Shown here: in pieces, positions 54,001 to 64,000 of the stretch
Layout of the letters: every line of letters starts with the position of its first letter
Position numbering within the stretch: the stretch's first letter is position 1
Assembly: GCA_964016885.1 (NCBI GenBank)
Contig: OZ024740.1
Span: 40,362,001 to 40,426,000, forward strand
From: Eledone cirrhosa
Lineage: Eukaryota
Direction of reading: 5' to 3'
Length of the DNA: 64,000 bases
The notes under the pieces: generated by a model
What the model saw: the letters and a program-made list of their open reading frames with translations, nothing else
Database searches by the model: none
Told to the model about the DNA's origin: nothing
Program-made: the position numbers and the translations under genes

Positions 54001-57000
54001 TGTGGTGGAGGGGTGGTATGGTGTGGTATACTGTGGTGGAGGGATGTATGGTGTGGTATACTGTGGTGAAGGGGAGGTATGGTGTGATATACTGTGGAGG
54101 GGAGGTATGGTGAGGTATACTGTGGTGGTGAGGTATTGTGTGATATACTGTGGTGAAGGGGAGGTATGGTGTGGTATGCTGTGGTGGAGGGGAGGTATGG
54201 TGTGGTATACTGTGGTGGAGGGGATGTATGGTGTGGTATACTGTGGTGGAGGGGTGGTATACTGTGGTGGAGGGATGTATGGTGTGGTATACTGTGGTGG
54301 AGGGGAGGTATGGTGTGGTATACTGTGTTGGAGGAGAGGTATGCTGTGGTGGAGGGGAGGTATGGTGTGATATACAGTGGTGGAGGGGAGGTATGGTGTG
54401 ATATACTGTGGTGGAGGGGAGGTATGGTGTGATACACTTTGGTGGAGGGAAGGTATGGTGTGATACACTTTTGTGGAGGGGAGGTATGGTGTGGTATACT
54501 GTGGTGGAGGGGAGGGATGGTGTAGTATGCTGTGGTGGAGGGGGGTATGGTGTGGTGAAGGGAAGGTATGGTGTGGTATACTGTGGTGGAGGGGAGATAT
54601 GGAGGTATACTGTGGTGGAGGGGAGGTATGGTGTGGTATACTGTGGTGGAGGGGAGGTATGGTGTGGAAAACTGTGGTGGAGGGGGGGTATGGTGTGGTA
54701 TACTGTGGTGGAGGGGAGGTATGGTGTGGTATACTGTGGCGGAGGGATGTATGGTGTGGTATACTGTGGTGGACGGGAGGTATGGTGTGGTATACTGTGT
54801 TGGAGGGGAGGTATGCTGTGGTGGAGGGGAGGTATGGTGTGATATACAGTGGTGGAGGGGAGGTATGGTGTGATATACTGTGGTGGAGGGGAGGTATGGT
54901 GTGGTATACTGTGGTGGAGGGGAGGTATGGTGTGGTATAGTGTGGTGGAGGGGAGGTATGGTGTGGTATACTGTGGTGGAGGGGAGGTATGGTGTGGTAT
55001 ACTGTGGTGGAGGGGAGGTATGGTGTGATATAGTGGTGGAGGGGAGGTATGGTGTGTTATACTGTGGTGGAGGGGTGATATGCTGTGGTGGGGGGAGGTA
55101 TGGTGTGATATAGAGTGGTGGAGGGGAGGTATAGTGTGATAGACTGTGGTGGAGGGTAGGTATGGTGTGGTGGAGGGGAGGTATGGTTTGGTATACTGTG
55201 GTGGAGGGGAGATACGGTGTGGTATACAGGGGTGGAAGGGAGGTATGGTGTGGTATATTGTGGTGGAGGGGAGGTATGGTGTGATATACTGTGGTGGAGG
55301 GGAGGTATGGTGTGATATACTGTGGAGGGGAGGTATGGTGTGGTATACTGTGGTGGAGGGGAGGTATGGTGTGATATACTGTGGAGGGGAGGTATGGTGT
55401 GATATACTGTGGAGGGGAGGTATGGTGTGGTATACTGTGGTGGAGGGGAGGTATGGTGTGGTATACTGTGGTGGAGGGGAGGTATGGTGCGGTATACTGT
55501 GGTGGAGGGGAGGTATGGTGTGATATACTGTGGTGGAGGGGAGGTATGGTGTGGTATACTGTGGTGGAGGGGAGGTATGGTGTGGTATACTGTGGTGGAG
55601 GGGAGATATGGTGTGGTATACTGTGGTGGAAGGGAGGTATGGTGTGGTATATTGTGGTGGAGGGGAGGTATGGTGTGGTATACTGTGGTGGCGGGGAGAT
55701 ATGGTGTGGTATATTGTGGTGGAGGGGTGGTATGGTGTGGTATACTGTGGTGGAGGGATGTATGGTGTGGTATACTGTGGTGGAGGGGAGGTATGGTGTG
55801 ATATACAGTGGTGGAGGGGAGGTATGGTGTGATATACTGTGGTGGAGGGGATGTATGGTGTGATATACTGTGGTGGAGGGGTGGTATGGTGTGGTATACT
55901 GTGGTGGAGGGATGTATGGTGTGGTATACTGTGGTGGAGGGGAGGTATGCTGTGGTGGAGGGGAGGTATGGTGTGATATACAGTGGTGGAGGGGAGGTAT
56001 GGTGTGATATACTGTGGTGGAGGGGAGGTACGGTGTGATACACTGTGGTGGAGGGGAGGTATGGTGTGGTATACAGTGGTGGAGGGGAGGTATGGTGTGG
56101 TATACAGTGGTGGAGGTGAGGTATGGTGTGGTATACTGTAGTGGAGGTATGGTGTGATATACTGTGGTGGAGGGGAGGTATGGTGTGATATACTGTGGTG
56201 GAGGGGAGGTATGGTGTGTACACTGTGGTGGAGGGGAGGTATGGTGTGGTATACTGTGGGGGAGCGGGGGTATGGTGTGATACACTGTGGTGGAGGGCAG
56301 GTATGGTGTGGTATACAGTGGTGGAGGGGAGGTATGGTGTGGTATACTGTGGTGGAGGGGAGGTATGGTGTGGTATACTGTGGTGGAGGGGAGGTATGGT
56401 GTGATATACTGTGGTGGAGGGGAGGTATGGTGTGATATATTGTGGAAGAGGGGAGGTATGGTGTGGTATACTGTAGTGGAGGGGAGGTATGGTGTGGTAT
56501 AGTGTGGTGGAGGGGAGGTATGGTGTGGTATACTGTGGTGGAGGGGAGGTATGGTGTGGTATACTGTGGTGGAGGGGAGGTATGCTGTGGTGGAGGGGAG
56601 ATATGGTGTGATATAGTGGTGGAGGGAAGGTATGGTGTGTTATACTGTGGTGGAGGGGAGGTATGCTGTGGTGGGGGAGGTATGATGTGATATAGAGTGG
56701 TGGAGGGGAGGTATAGTGTGATAGACTGTGGTGGAGGGTAGGTATGGTGTGGTGGAGGGGAGGTATGGTTTGGTATACTGTGGTGGAGGGGAGATACGGT
56801 GTGGTATACTGTGGTGGAGGGGAGGTATGGTGTGGTATACAGGGGTGGAAGGGAGGTATGGTGTGGTATATTGTGGTGGAGGGGAGGTATGGTGTGATAT
56901 ACTGTGGTGGAGGGGAGGTATGGTGTGGTGGAGGGGAGGTATGGTTTGGTATATTGTGGTGGAGGGGAGGTATGGTGTGATATACAGTGGAGGGGAGGTA

Positions 57001-60000
57001 TGGTGTGGTATACTGTGGTGGAGGGGAGGTATGGTATGGTATACTGTGGTGGAGGGGAGGTACGGTGTGGTATGCTGTGGTGGAGGGGAGGTATGGTGTG
57101 ATATACAGTGGTGGAGGGGTGGTATACTGTGGTGGAGGGGAGGCATGGTGTGGTATACAGTGGTGGAGGGGAGGTATGGTGTGGTATACTGTGAAGGGGA
57201 GGTATGGTGTGGTATGCTGTGGTGGAGGGGAGGTATGATGTGGTATACTGTGGTGGAGGGGAGGTCTGGTGTGATATACTGTGGTGGAGGGGAGGTATGG
57301 TGTGATATACAGTGGTGGAGGGGAGGTATGGTGTGATATACTGTGGTGGAGGGGAGGTATGATGTGGTATACTGTGGTGGAGGGGAGGTCTGGTGTGATA
57401 TACTGTGGTGGAGGGGAGGTATGGTGTGATATACAGTGGTGGAGGGGAGGTATGGTGTGATATACTGTGGTGGAGGGGAGGTATGATGTGGTATACTGTG
57501 GTGGAGGGGAGGTCTGGTGTGATATACTGTGGTGGAGGGGAGGTATGGTGTGATATACAGTGGTGGAGGGGAGGTATGGTGTGATATACTGTGGTGGAGG
57601 GGAGGTATGGTGTGGTGGAGGTATGGTATACTGTGGTGGAGGGGAGGTATGGTGTGGTATTCTGTGGTGGAGGAGAGGTATAGTGTGGTGGAGGGGAGGT
57701 ATGGTGTGGTATACTGTGGTGGAGGAGAGGTATGGTGTGGTGGAGGTATGGTGTGATACACAGGTGGAGGGGAGATATGGTGTGATATACTGTGGTGGAG
57801 GGAAGTATGGTGTGGTATACTGTGGTGGAGGGGAGGTATGGTGTGGTATACTGTGGTGGAAGGGAGGTATGGTGTGGTATACTGTGGTGGAGGGAAGTAT
57901 GGTGTGGTATACTGTGGTGGAGGGGAGGTATGGTGTGGTATACTGTGGTGGAGAGGAGGTATGGTGAGGTATACTGTGGTAGAGGGGAGGTATGGTGTGG
58001 TATACTGTGGTGGAGGAGAGGTATGGTGTAGTGGAGGGGAGGTATGGTGTGGTACACTGTGGTGGAGGGGAGGTATGGTGTGGTATATTGTGGTGGAGGG
58101 GAGGTATGGTGTGGTATACTGTGGTGGAGGGGAGATACGGTGTGGTATACTTTGTTGGAGGGGAGGTATGGTGTGATATACTGTGGTGGAGAGGAGGTAT
58201 GGTGAGGTATACTGTGGTAGAGGGGAGGTATGGTGTGGTATACTGTGGTGGAGAGGAGGTATGGTGAGGTATACTGTGGTAGAGGGGAGGTATGGTGTGG
58301 TATACTGTGGTGGAGGAGAGGTATGGTGTAGTGGAGGGGAGGTATGGTGTGGTACACTGTGGTGGAGGGGAGGTATGGTGTGGTATACTGTGGTGGAGGA
58401 GAGGTATGGTGAGGTATACTGTGGTGGAGCAGAGGTATGGTGTGGTATACCGTGGTGGAGGGGAGGTATGGTGTTGTATACAGTGGTGGAGGGGAGGTAT
58501 GGTGTGGTATACTGTGGTGGAGGGGAGGGATGGTGTGTTATGCTGTGGTGGAGGGGGGTATGGTGTGGTATACTGTGGTGGAGGGGAGGGATGGTGTGGT
58601 ATGCTGTGGTGGAGGGGGGTATGGTGTGGTGAAGGGAAGGTATGGTATACTGTGGTGGAGGGGAGGTATGGTGTGGTATACTGTGGTGGAGGGGAGGTAT
58701 CATGTGGTATATTGTGGTGGAGGGGAGGTATTGTGTGATATACTGTGGTGGAGGGGAGGTATCGTGTGGTATACTGTGGTGGAGGGGAGGTATGGTGTGG
58801 TATACTGTGGTGGAGGGGAGGTATTGTGTGGTATACTGTGGTGGAGGGGAGGTATTGTGTGATATACTGTGGTGGAGGGGAGGTATCGTGTGGTGGAGGG
58901 GAGGTATCGTGTGGTGGAGGGGAGGTATTGTGTGATATACTGTGGTGGGGGGGAGGTATCGTGTGGTGGAGGGGAGGTATCGTGTGGTGGAGGGGAGGTA
59001 TGCTGTGGTGCGGGGGAAGTATGGTGTGATATACAGTGGTGGAGGGGAGGTATAGTGTGATAGACTGTGGTGGAGGGTAGGTATGGTGTGGTGGAGGGGA
59101 GATATGGTGTAACATGTGGTGGTGGTGGGGAGGTATGGTGTGGTATACTGTGGTGGAGGGGAGGTATGCTGTGGTGGGGGGGAGGTATGCTGTGATATAC
59201 TGTGGTGGAGGGGAGGTATAGTGTGGTATACCGTGGTGAAGGGAAGGTATGGTGTGGTATACTGTGGTGGAGAGGAGGTATGGTGTGGTATACCGTGGTG
59301 AAGGGAAGGTATGGTGTGGTATACCGTGGTGGAGGGGAGGTATGGTGTGGTATACTGTGGTGGAGGGGAGGTATGGTGTGGTATACTGTGGTGGAGGGGA
59401 GGTATGGTGTGGTATACTGTGGTGGAGGGGAGGTATGGTGTGGTATACTGTGGTGGAGGGGAGGTATGGTGTGGTATACTGTGGTGGAGGGGAGGTATGG
59501 TGTGGTATACTGTGGTGGAGGGGTGGTATGGTGTGGTATACTGTGGTGGAGGTATGGTGTGGTATACTGTGGTGGAGGGGAGGTATGGTGTGGTATACTG
59601 TGGTGGAGGGGAGGTATGCTGTGATATACTGTGGTGGAGGGGAGGTATGGTGTGGTATACTGTGGTGAAGGGAAGGTATGGTGTGGTATACTGTGGTGGA
59701 GGGGTGGTATGGTGTGGTATACTGTGGTGGAGGTATGGTGTGGTATACTGTGGTGGAGGGGAGGTATGGTGCGGTATACTGTGGTGGAGGGGGGGTATGG
59801 TGTGGTATACTGTGGTGGAGGGGAGGTATGGTGTGGTATACTGTGGAAGAGGGGAGGTATGGTGTGGTATACTGTGGAGGGGAGATATGGTGCGGTATAC
59901 TGTGGTGGAGGGGTGGTATGGTGTGGTAGAGGGGAGGTATGGTGTGGTATACTGTGGTGAAGGGAAGGTATGGTGTGGTATACTGTGGTGGAGAGGTATG

Positions 60001-60725
60001 GTGTGGTATACAGTGGTGGAGGGGAGGTATGGTGTGGTATACTGTGGTGGAGGGGAGGTATGGTGTGGTATACTGTGGTGGAGGGGAGGTATGGTGAGGT
60101 ATACTGTGGTGGAGGGGAGGTATGGTGTGGTATACTGTGGTGGAGGGGAGGTATGGTATGGTATACTGTGGAGGGGAGGCATGGTGCGGTATACTGTGAA
60201 GGGGAGGTATGGTTTGGTATACTGTGGTGGAGGGGAGGTATGGTGTGGTATACTGTGGTGGAGGGGAGGTATGGTGTGGTATACTGTGGTGGAGGGGAGG
60301 TATGGTGTGGTATACTGTGGTGGAGGGGAGGTATGGTGTGGTATACTGTGGTGGAGGGGAGGTATGGTGTGGTATACTGTGGTGGAGGGGAGATATGGTG
60401 TGGTATACTGTAGTGGAGGGGAGGTATGGTGTGGTATACTGTGGAGGGGAGATATGGTGCAGTATACTGTGGAGGGGAGGTATGGTTTGGTATACTGTGG
60501 TGGAGGGGAGGTATGGTTTGGTATACTGTGGTGGAGGGGAGGTATGGTTTGGTATACTGTGGTGGAGGGGAGGTATGGTGTGGTATACTGTGGAGGGGAG
60601 GTATGGTTTGGTATACTGTGGTGGAGGGGAGATATGGTGTGGTATACTGTAGTGGAGGGGAGGTATGGTGTTGTATACTGTAGTGGAGGGGAGGTATGGT
60701 GTGGTATACTGTGGTGGAGGTGGTG
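30082..60725. repeat. ~30.6-kb G-rich 31-bp minisatellite (consensus GGTATACTGTGGTGGAGGGGAGGTATGGTGT)
   Basis: About 1000 tandem units, including shorter 21-29-bp deletion variants. Strong strand asymmetry and nested higher-order duplications. Confidence 0.98.
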
Positions 60726-60735
60726 TAGGATATGA

Positions 60736-61737
60736 TGAGGTTGAGCTGGATAGTTCATAGGCTGACTATGAAAAAGTGATAATAGAGCTGTGAAATCTTG
60801 CATTACTTATTTATATTTCCTTTGTTTCTCTCCAGGTAAACTGACATCTGACTCCTCAAAAGTAACTTGTAGCAATTTCTCTTGAAAACGGACACCATTT
60901 GGTATCACGGTGTTATCAAGTACCTGCAGAAAAAGGGTTTAGCCTCCAAGGACATTCATACTGACATGGTTGCTACATTAGGGGATGATGCTCCAGCTTT
61001 ATCAACAGCGTAAAATTGGGCAGCTGAATTTAGGAGAGGAAGGGAAGTTATTGAAGATACAGCTGGTTTGGGGTAGATCCAGCTGGTTTCCTTGAATGTT
61101 TCCTAACCCAGGATGAGTGTTGGGTTCATCACTTTGAGCCAGAGACAAAGAGTCAATCCATGCGGTGGAAACATCCTTCCTCACCTGCTCCAAAGAAGGC
61201 CAAGTCCATTTTATGTGCAAGGAAGGTGATGGCCTCACTTTTTGGGGGATGCAAAAGGCATTGTGTTTACTGACTATTCTCCAAAAAGGCCACAAGATTA
61301 AATGGAGAGTATTATGCCAACGTGCTGAGCCAATTATGAAAGGCTATGAAGACAAAACACCCAGGAAAACTGACAAAAGGAGTCATATTTCATCAAGACA
61401 ATGTTCCAGCAAACAAGTCCTTGGTTTCAAGAGCTGCTGTGTGTGTGTGAATATGGCTTTAAACTGGTAGATCACCCTCCCTATTCTCCTGATTTGGCCT
61501 CATCTAACTATCATCTATTCCTTAACATGAAAAAACACTTGGCTGGAAACCAGTATCACAGTGATTATGACATATCTGCTATTGATGACATTTTTGACTG
61601 ACAGGATCCAAGCACAACAACACCGATGGAAGAAGTGTATGGACCACAAGGGGGACCATGTTAAAAAATAAACCTCATTTGTTTCACATTCTAGGAGAGT
61701 ACTTTGGTCAGCCTATGAACTTTATAGCCGACCCTCA
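60736..61737 (+). mobile_element. Decayed mariner (DD34D-type) transposon
   Basis: 31-bp TIRs TGAGGTTGAGCTGGATAGTTCATAGGCTGAC vs rev-comp TGAGGGTCGGCTATAAAGTTCATAGGCTGAC (25/31). Remnant motifs WVHHFEPETK, KVMASLF, INGEYY, FHQDN and HPPYSPDLA; internal deletion. Confidence 0.88.
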
Positions 61738-61909
61738 AAATATGAAATGGTGTACTAATAAACAACTCCAATTGAAATAATCTCTGCTTCATTTCAAGGC
61801 TTGCAACACATGCAACACATTCTGTTTTACACTAAAACAAATCATCACTAACCTACCAATTCTAGTGATAATTACTTTTAATATAGAATGTTTTTCATTA
61901 ATTACATAC

Positions 61910-62041
61910 CTTGGGTCTTTTTTATCATTACTTCCTTTTCCATAAATTGGAATCACTTTATCTCGACTGATACCAGCTTTGCAAACAGGGCAAACTTTCC
62001 TTTGAGAACAAGTTTCCAACCATTGATGCAGGCATGGCCAA
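61910..62041 (-). CDS. RNF185: RNF185/RNF5-like RING E3 ubiquitin ligase, internal coding exon (C-terminal half of RING finger)
   Basis: Reads (C)[43 protein letters not shown](R), matching the RNF5/RNF185 motif [36 protein letters not shown]. Acceptor is gttttag| and donor is AG|gtatgt; 132 nt, phase 2-2. The upstream exon(s) lie outside the window. Confidence 0.93.
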
Positions 62042-62119
62042 CTAAAACAAACATACAAACACAAATCAATAAATAATTTTTTTTAAATAATTATATTGAC
62101 ACTGTATTACTGTATGGTC

Positions 62120-62297
62120 CAAATATCTGCATACACCCACTCATATATAGTCAAATATCTGTATACACCCACTCATATATAGTCAAATATCTGTATACAC
62201 CCACTCATATATAGTCAAATACCTGTATACACCCACTCATATATAGTCAAATACCTGTATATACCTACTCATAGTCAAATATTTGTATACACCCACA
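62120..62297. repeat. 32-bp minisatellite (~5.5 copies)
   Basis: CAAATATCTGTATACACCCACTCATATATAGT repeated in tandem, ~80 bp from the RNF185 exon acceptor. Confidence 0.9.
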
Positions 62298-62299
62298 TA

Positions 62300-64000
62300 T
62301 CATCATCATCATCATCATCTTCGTTTAACGTCCACTTTCCACGCTAGCATGGGTTAGACGGGAGTTGTCCCACTTGAGGCAAGGTTGGTCGGGTGACCGT
62401 GTCTCGCTCATATAGGACTAGCTGGCAGGTTTTCTACGGCTGGATGTCCTTCCTAACACCAACCACATTTACAGTGTGGAACTGGGAACTTTTTACCGTG
62501 TTACCTACATGGCCACATTACAGCGTGGAATGTGTGTTTTTTTTTCTCGTGACACAATCTCGATCTCATTTATCTCATTTATTTGGACTGGATGTTGTAG
62601 TACCAACTTTATAGAGAGAGGGTGGTGTTGGTTTGAGTGGGAGGATAGGGTAGGGGTAGTGGATTGGAGTGTATTTGGTTAAGAGGTGCCTACTGACTGT
62701 AGGTTTCGCTGTGTACATAGGCAAGGCGGGTCTTCTGTATTACTGCGTAGCGCCAAAGATCTCGGTCCAGTGACATTGTCTTAGAGAGGTGCAAGTGTGT
62801 AAGGTCAGAATTTATCAGATCGTCCCAGGTTTTTCTGGGCCTACCTACTCCGTAACTACCATCAATTTTGATCGCCCTGTACTTTTTTATACAGCTGTCG
62901 CGGCCATACCAACGTAGTCTTCTCTCGAGTAAACAGCATCTGATCCCTCTTATTCCTAATTTTTCACTTAGTTCATTTATGCTTTGCCATTCACGTATAT
63001 TACTATTACACATCTAACGGAGCATGCATGCTTCGTTCCTTTCCAGTCTACGCAGGTCCTCTGCACGCAATGCCCATGTCTCACTGCCATGTAGCATTGC
63101 TGTTCGTATACAAGCATCATACAATCTGCCTTACATTTTTAGAGGGAAACCTTTTGTGGCCAACAGCGGTATAAGCTTTCTGAACATTTTCCATCCCGTT
63201 CTGACTCTGGCTACTGTACTTTCAGAACACCCTTCACCACTGCTGATTTCGTCACCCAGGTAACAGAAAGTGTCTACTATTTCTACAGAACCATTTGGGC
63301 AATAGAAGGGGCTAGTATCCTGTGGACACTTGCTACCTATTGCACCTGAGCATTGGCCACATATAAAGTCTACGTTCTTAGATAGTTTACCTGTGATCCC
63401 ACTACATCTTTTATCTACCCATACTTTGCATTTGGGACATAAAATTGAATTTCTGCCTACTCCTTTCCTACACACTGAGCAAGGCCATTTCCCTGAGGGT
63501 ACCTGTGCCTTATTTTCCTTTCTACAAACTAGGACTTTAGTCTTAGACAAGTTAACTTTAAGGCCTTTTGATTCTAGGCCATGCTTCCATGTTTGGAATT
63601 TCTTCTCTAGTTCGGTCATTGATTCAGCTATGAGCGTTAGATCATCTGCGTATAGGAGTTCCGATGGGCAGCCGGTCTTGAACTCCTCTGTTATAGCCTG
63701 AAGGGCAATAATAAATAGGAAGGGGCTAAGGACAGAGCCTTGGTGAACACCAACTTTTACACTAAATTCTTCACAATATTCATTGTTAATTCTAACCTTA
63801 CTAACTGTTTCATTATACATAGCTTGTATAGCTCTCACAAGCCATTCATCTACACCTAGTTTTCTAAGAGCCCACCAGATAATGGAGCGGGGGACTCTGT
63901 CAAAGGCTTTCTCTAGAGCATCTCCTTTACCCTTGTCGCAGTTAATGATGCTGCTACTACGCCAGTCTTTTGGTATGACCCCATTCTGTATTACTTGGTT
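62300..64000 (-). mobile_element. Decayed RTE-clade LINE (continues beyond window)
   Basis: ORF 63131-63838 has GVHQGSVLSP, YADD and a Cys-rich insert. GSETW and RRLRWYG lie downstream, then a 3' UTR and a (GAT)n tail at ~62300-62318. Confidence 0.9.

Noticed and set aside
30082-60725. CRISPR array or telomeric repeat
   Set aside because: There are no unique spacers, the context is eukaryotic, and the unit is a 31-mer rather than TTAGGG-type.
30141-60735. Hundreds of + strand G/V/W/Y/C-rich ORFs
   Set aside because: They are minisatellite translations repeatedly broken by the TGA variant, with no splice or gene context.
61789-62064. 91-aa ORF as a stand-alone gene
   Set aside because: Only 61910-62041 is exon; the rest is intron read-through.

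Overview
AT-rich, repeat-dense animal genomic DNA. The RTE-LINE/tRNA-SINE repertoire and giant microsatellites suggest an octopus or other cephalopod (inference). One host gene is present on the minus strand: the 3' four coding exons of the RING E3 ligase RNF185/RNF5 (62041-61910, 24991-24937, 24784-24667, 15229-15132). All have GT-AG boundaries and compatible phases; the first exon(s) lie beyond the window. The 36.9-kb intron is mostly one ~30.6-kb G-rich 31-bp minisatellite (about 1000 units) with nested 9.1-kb, 1.7-kb and 0.87-kb duplications, bracketed by a 10-bp direct repeat and two decayed Tc1/mariner elements. The next large intron holds an apparently full-length, young CR1-clade LINE in antisense, with a PHD/polyQ ORF1 and an intact APE-RT ORF2. 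That ORF2 has no AUG before its endonuclease motifs and joins ORF1 at a canonical G GGA AAC -1 slippery site, a candidate gag-pol-like frameshift in a LINE. Also present: a ~5-kb (TA/TACA)n microsatellite, a ~190-bp-arm intronic fold-back near an exon, Helitrons, a piggyBac-type MITE, SINEs and several decayed RTE LINEs. Almost all long ORFs in the supplied track are repeat-derived.
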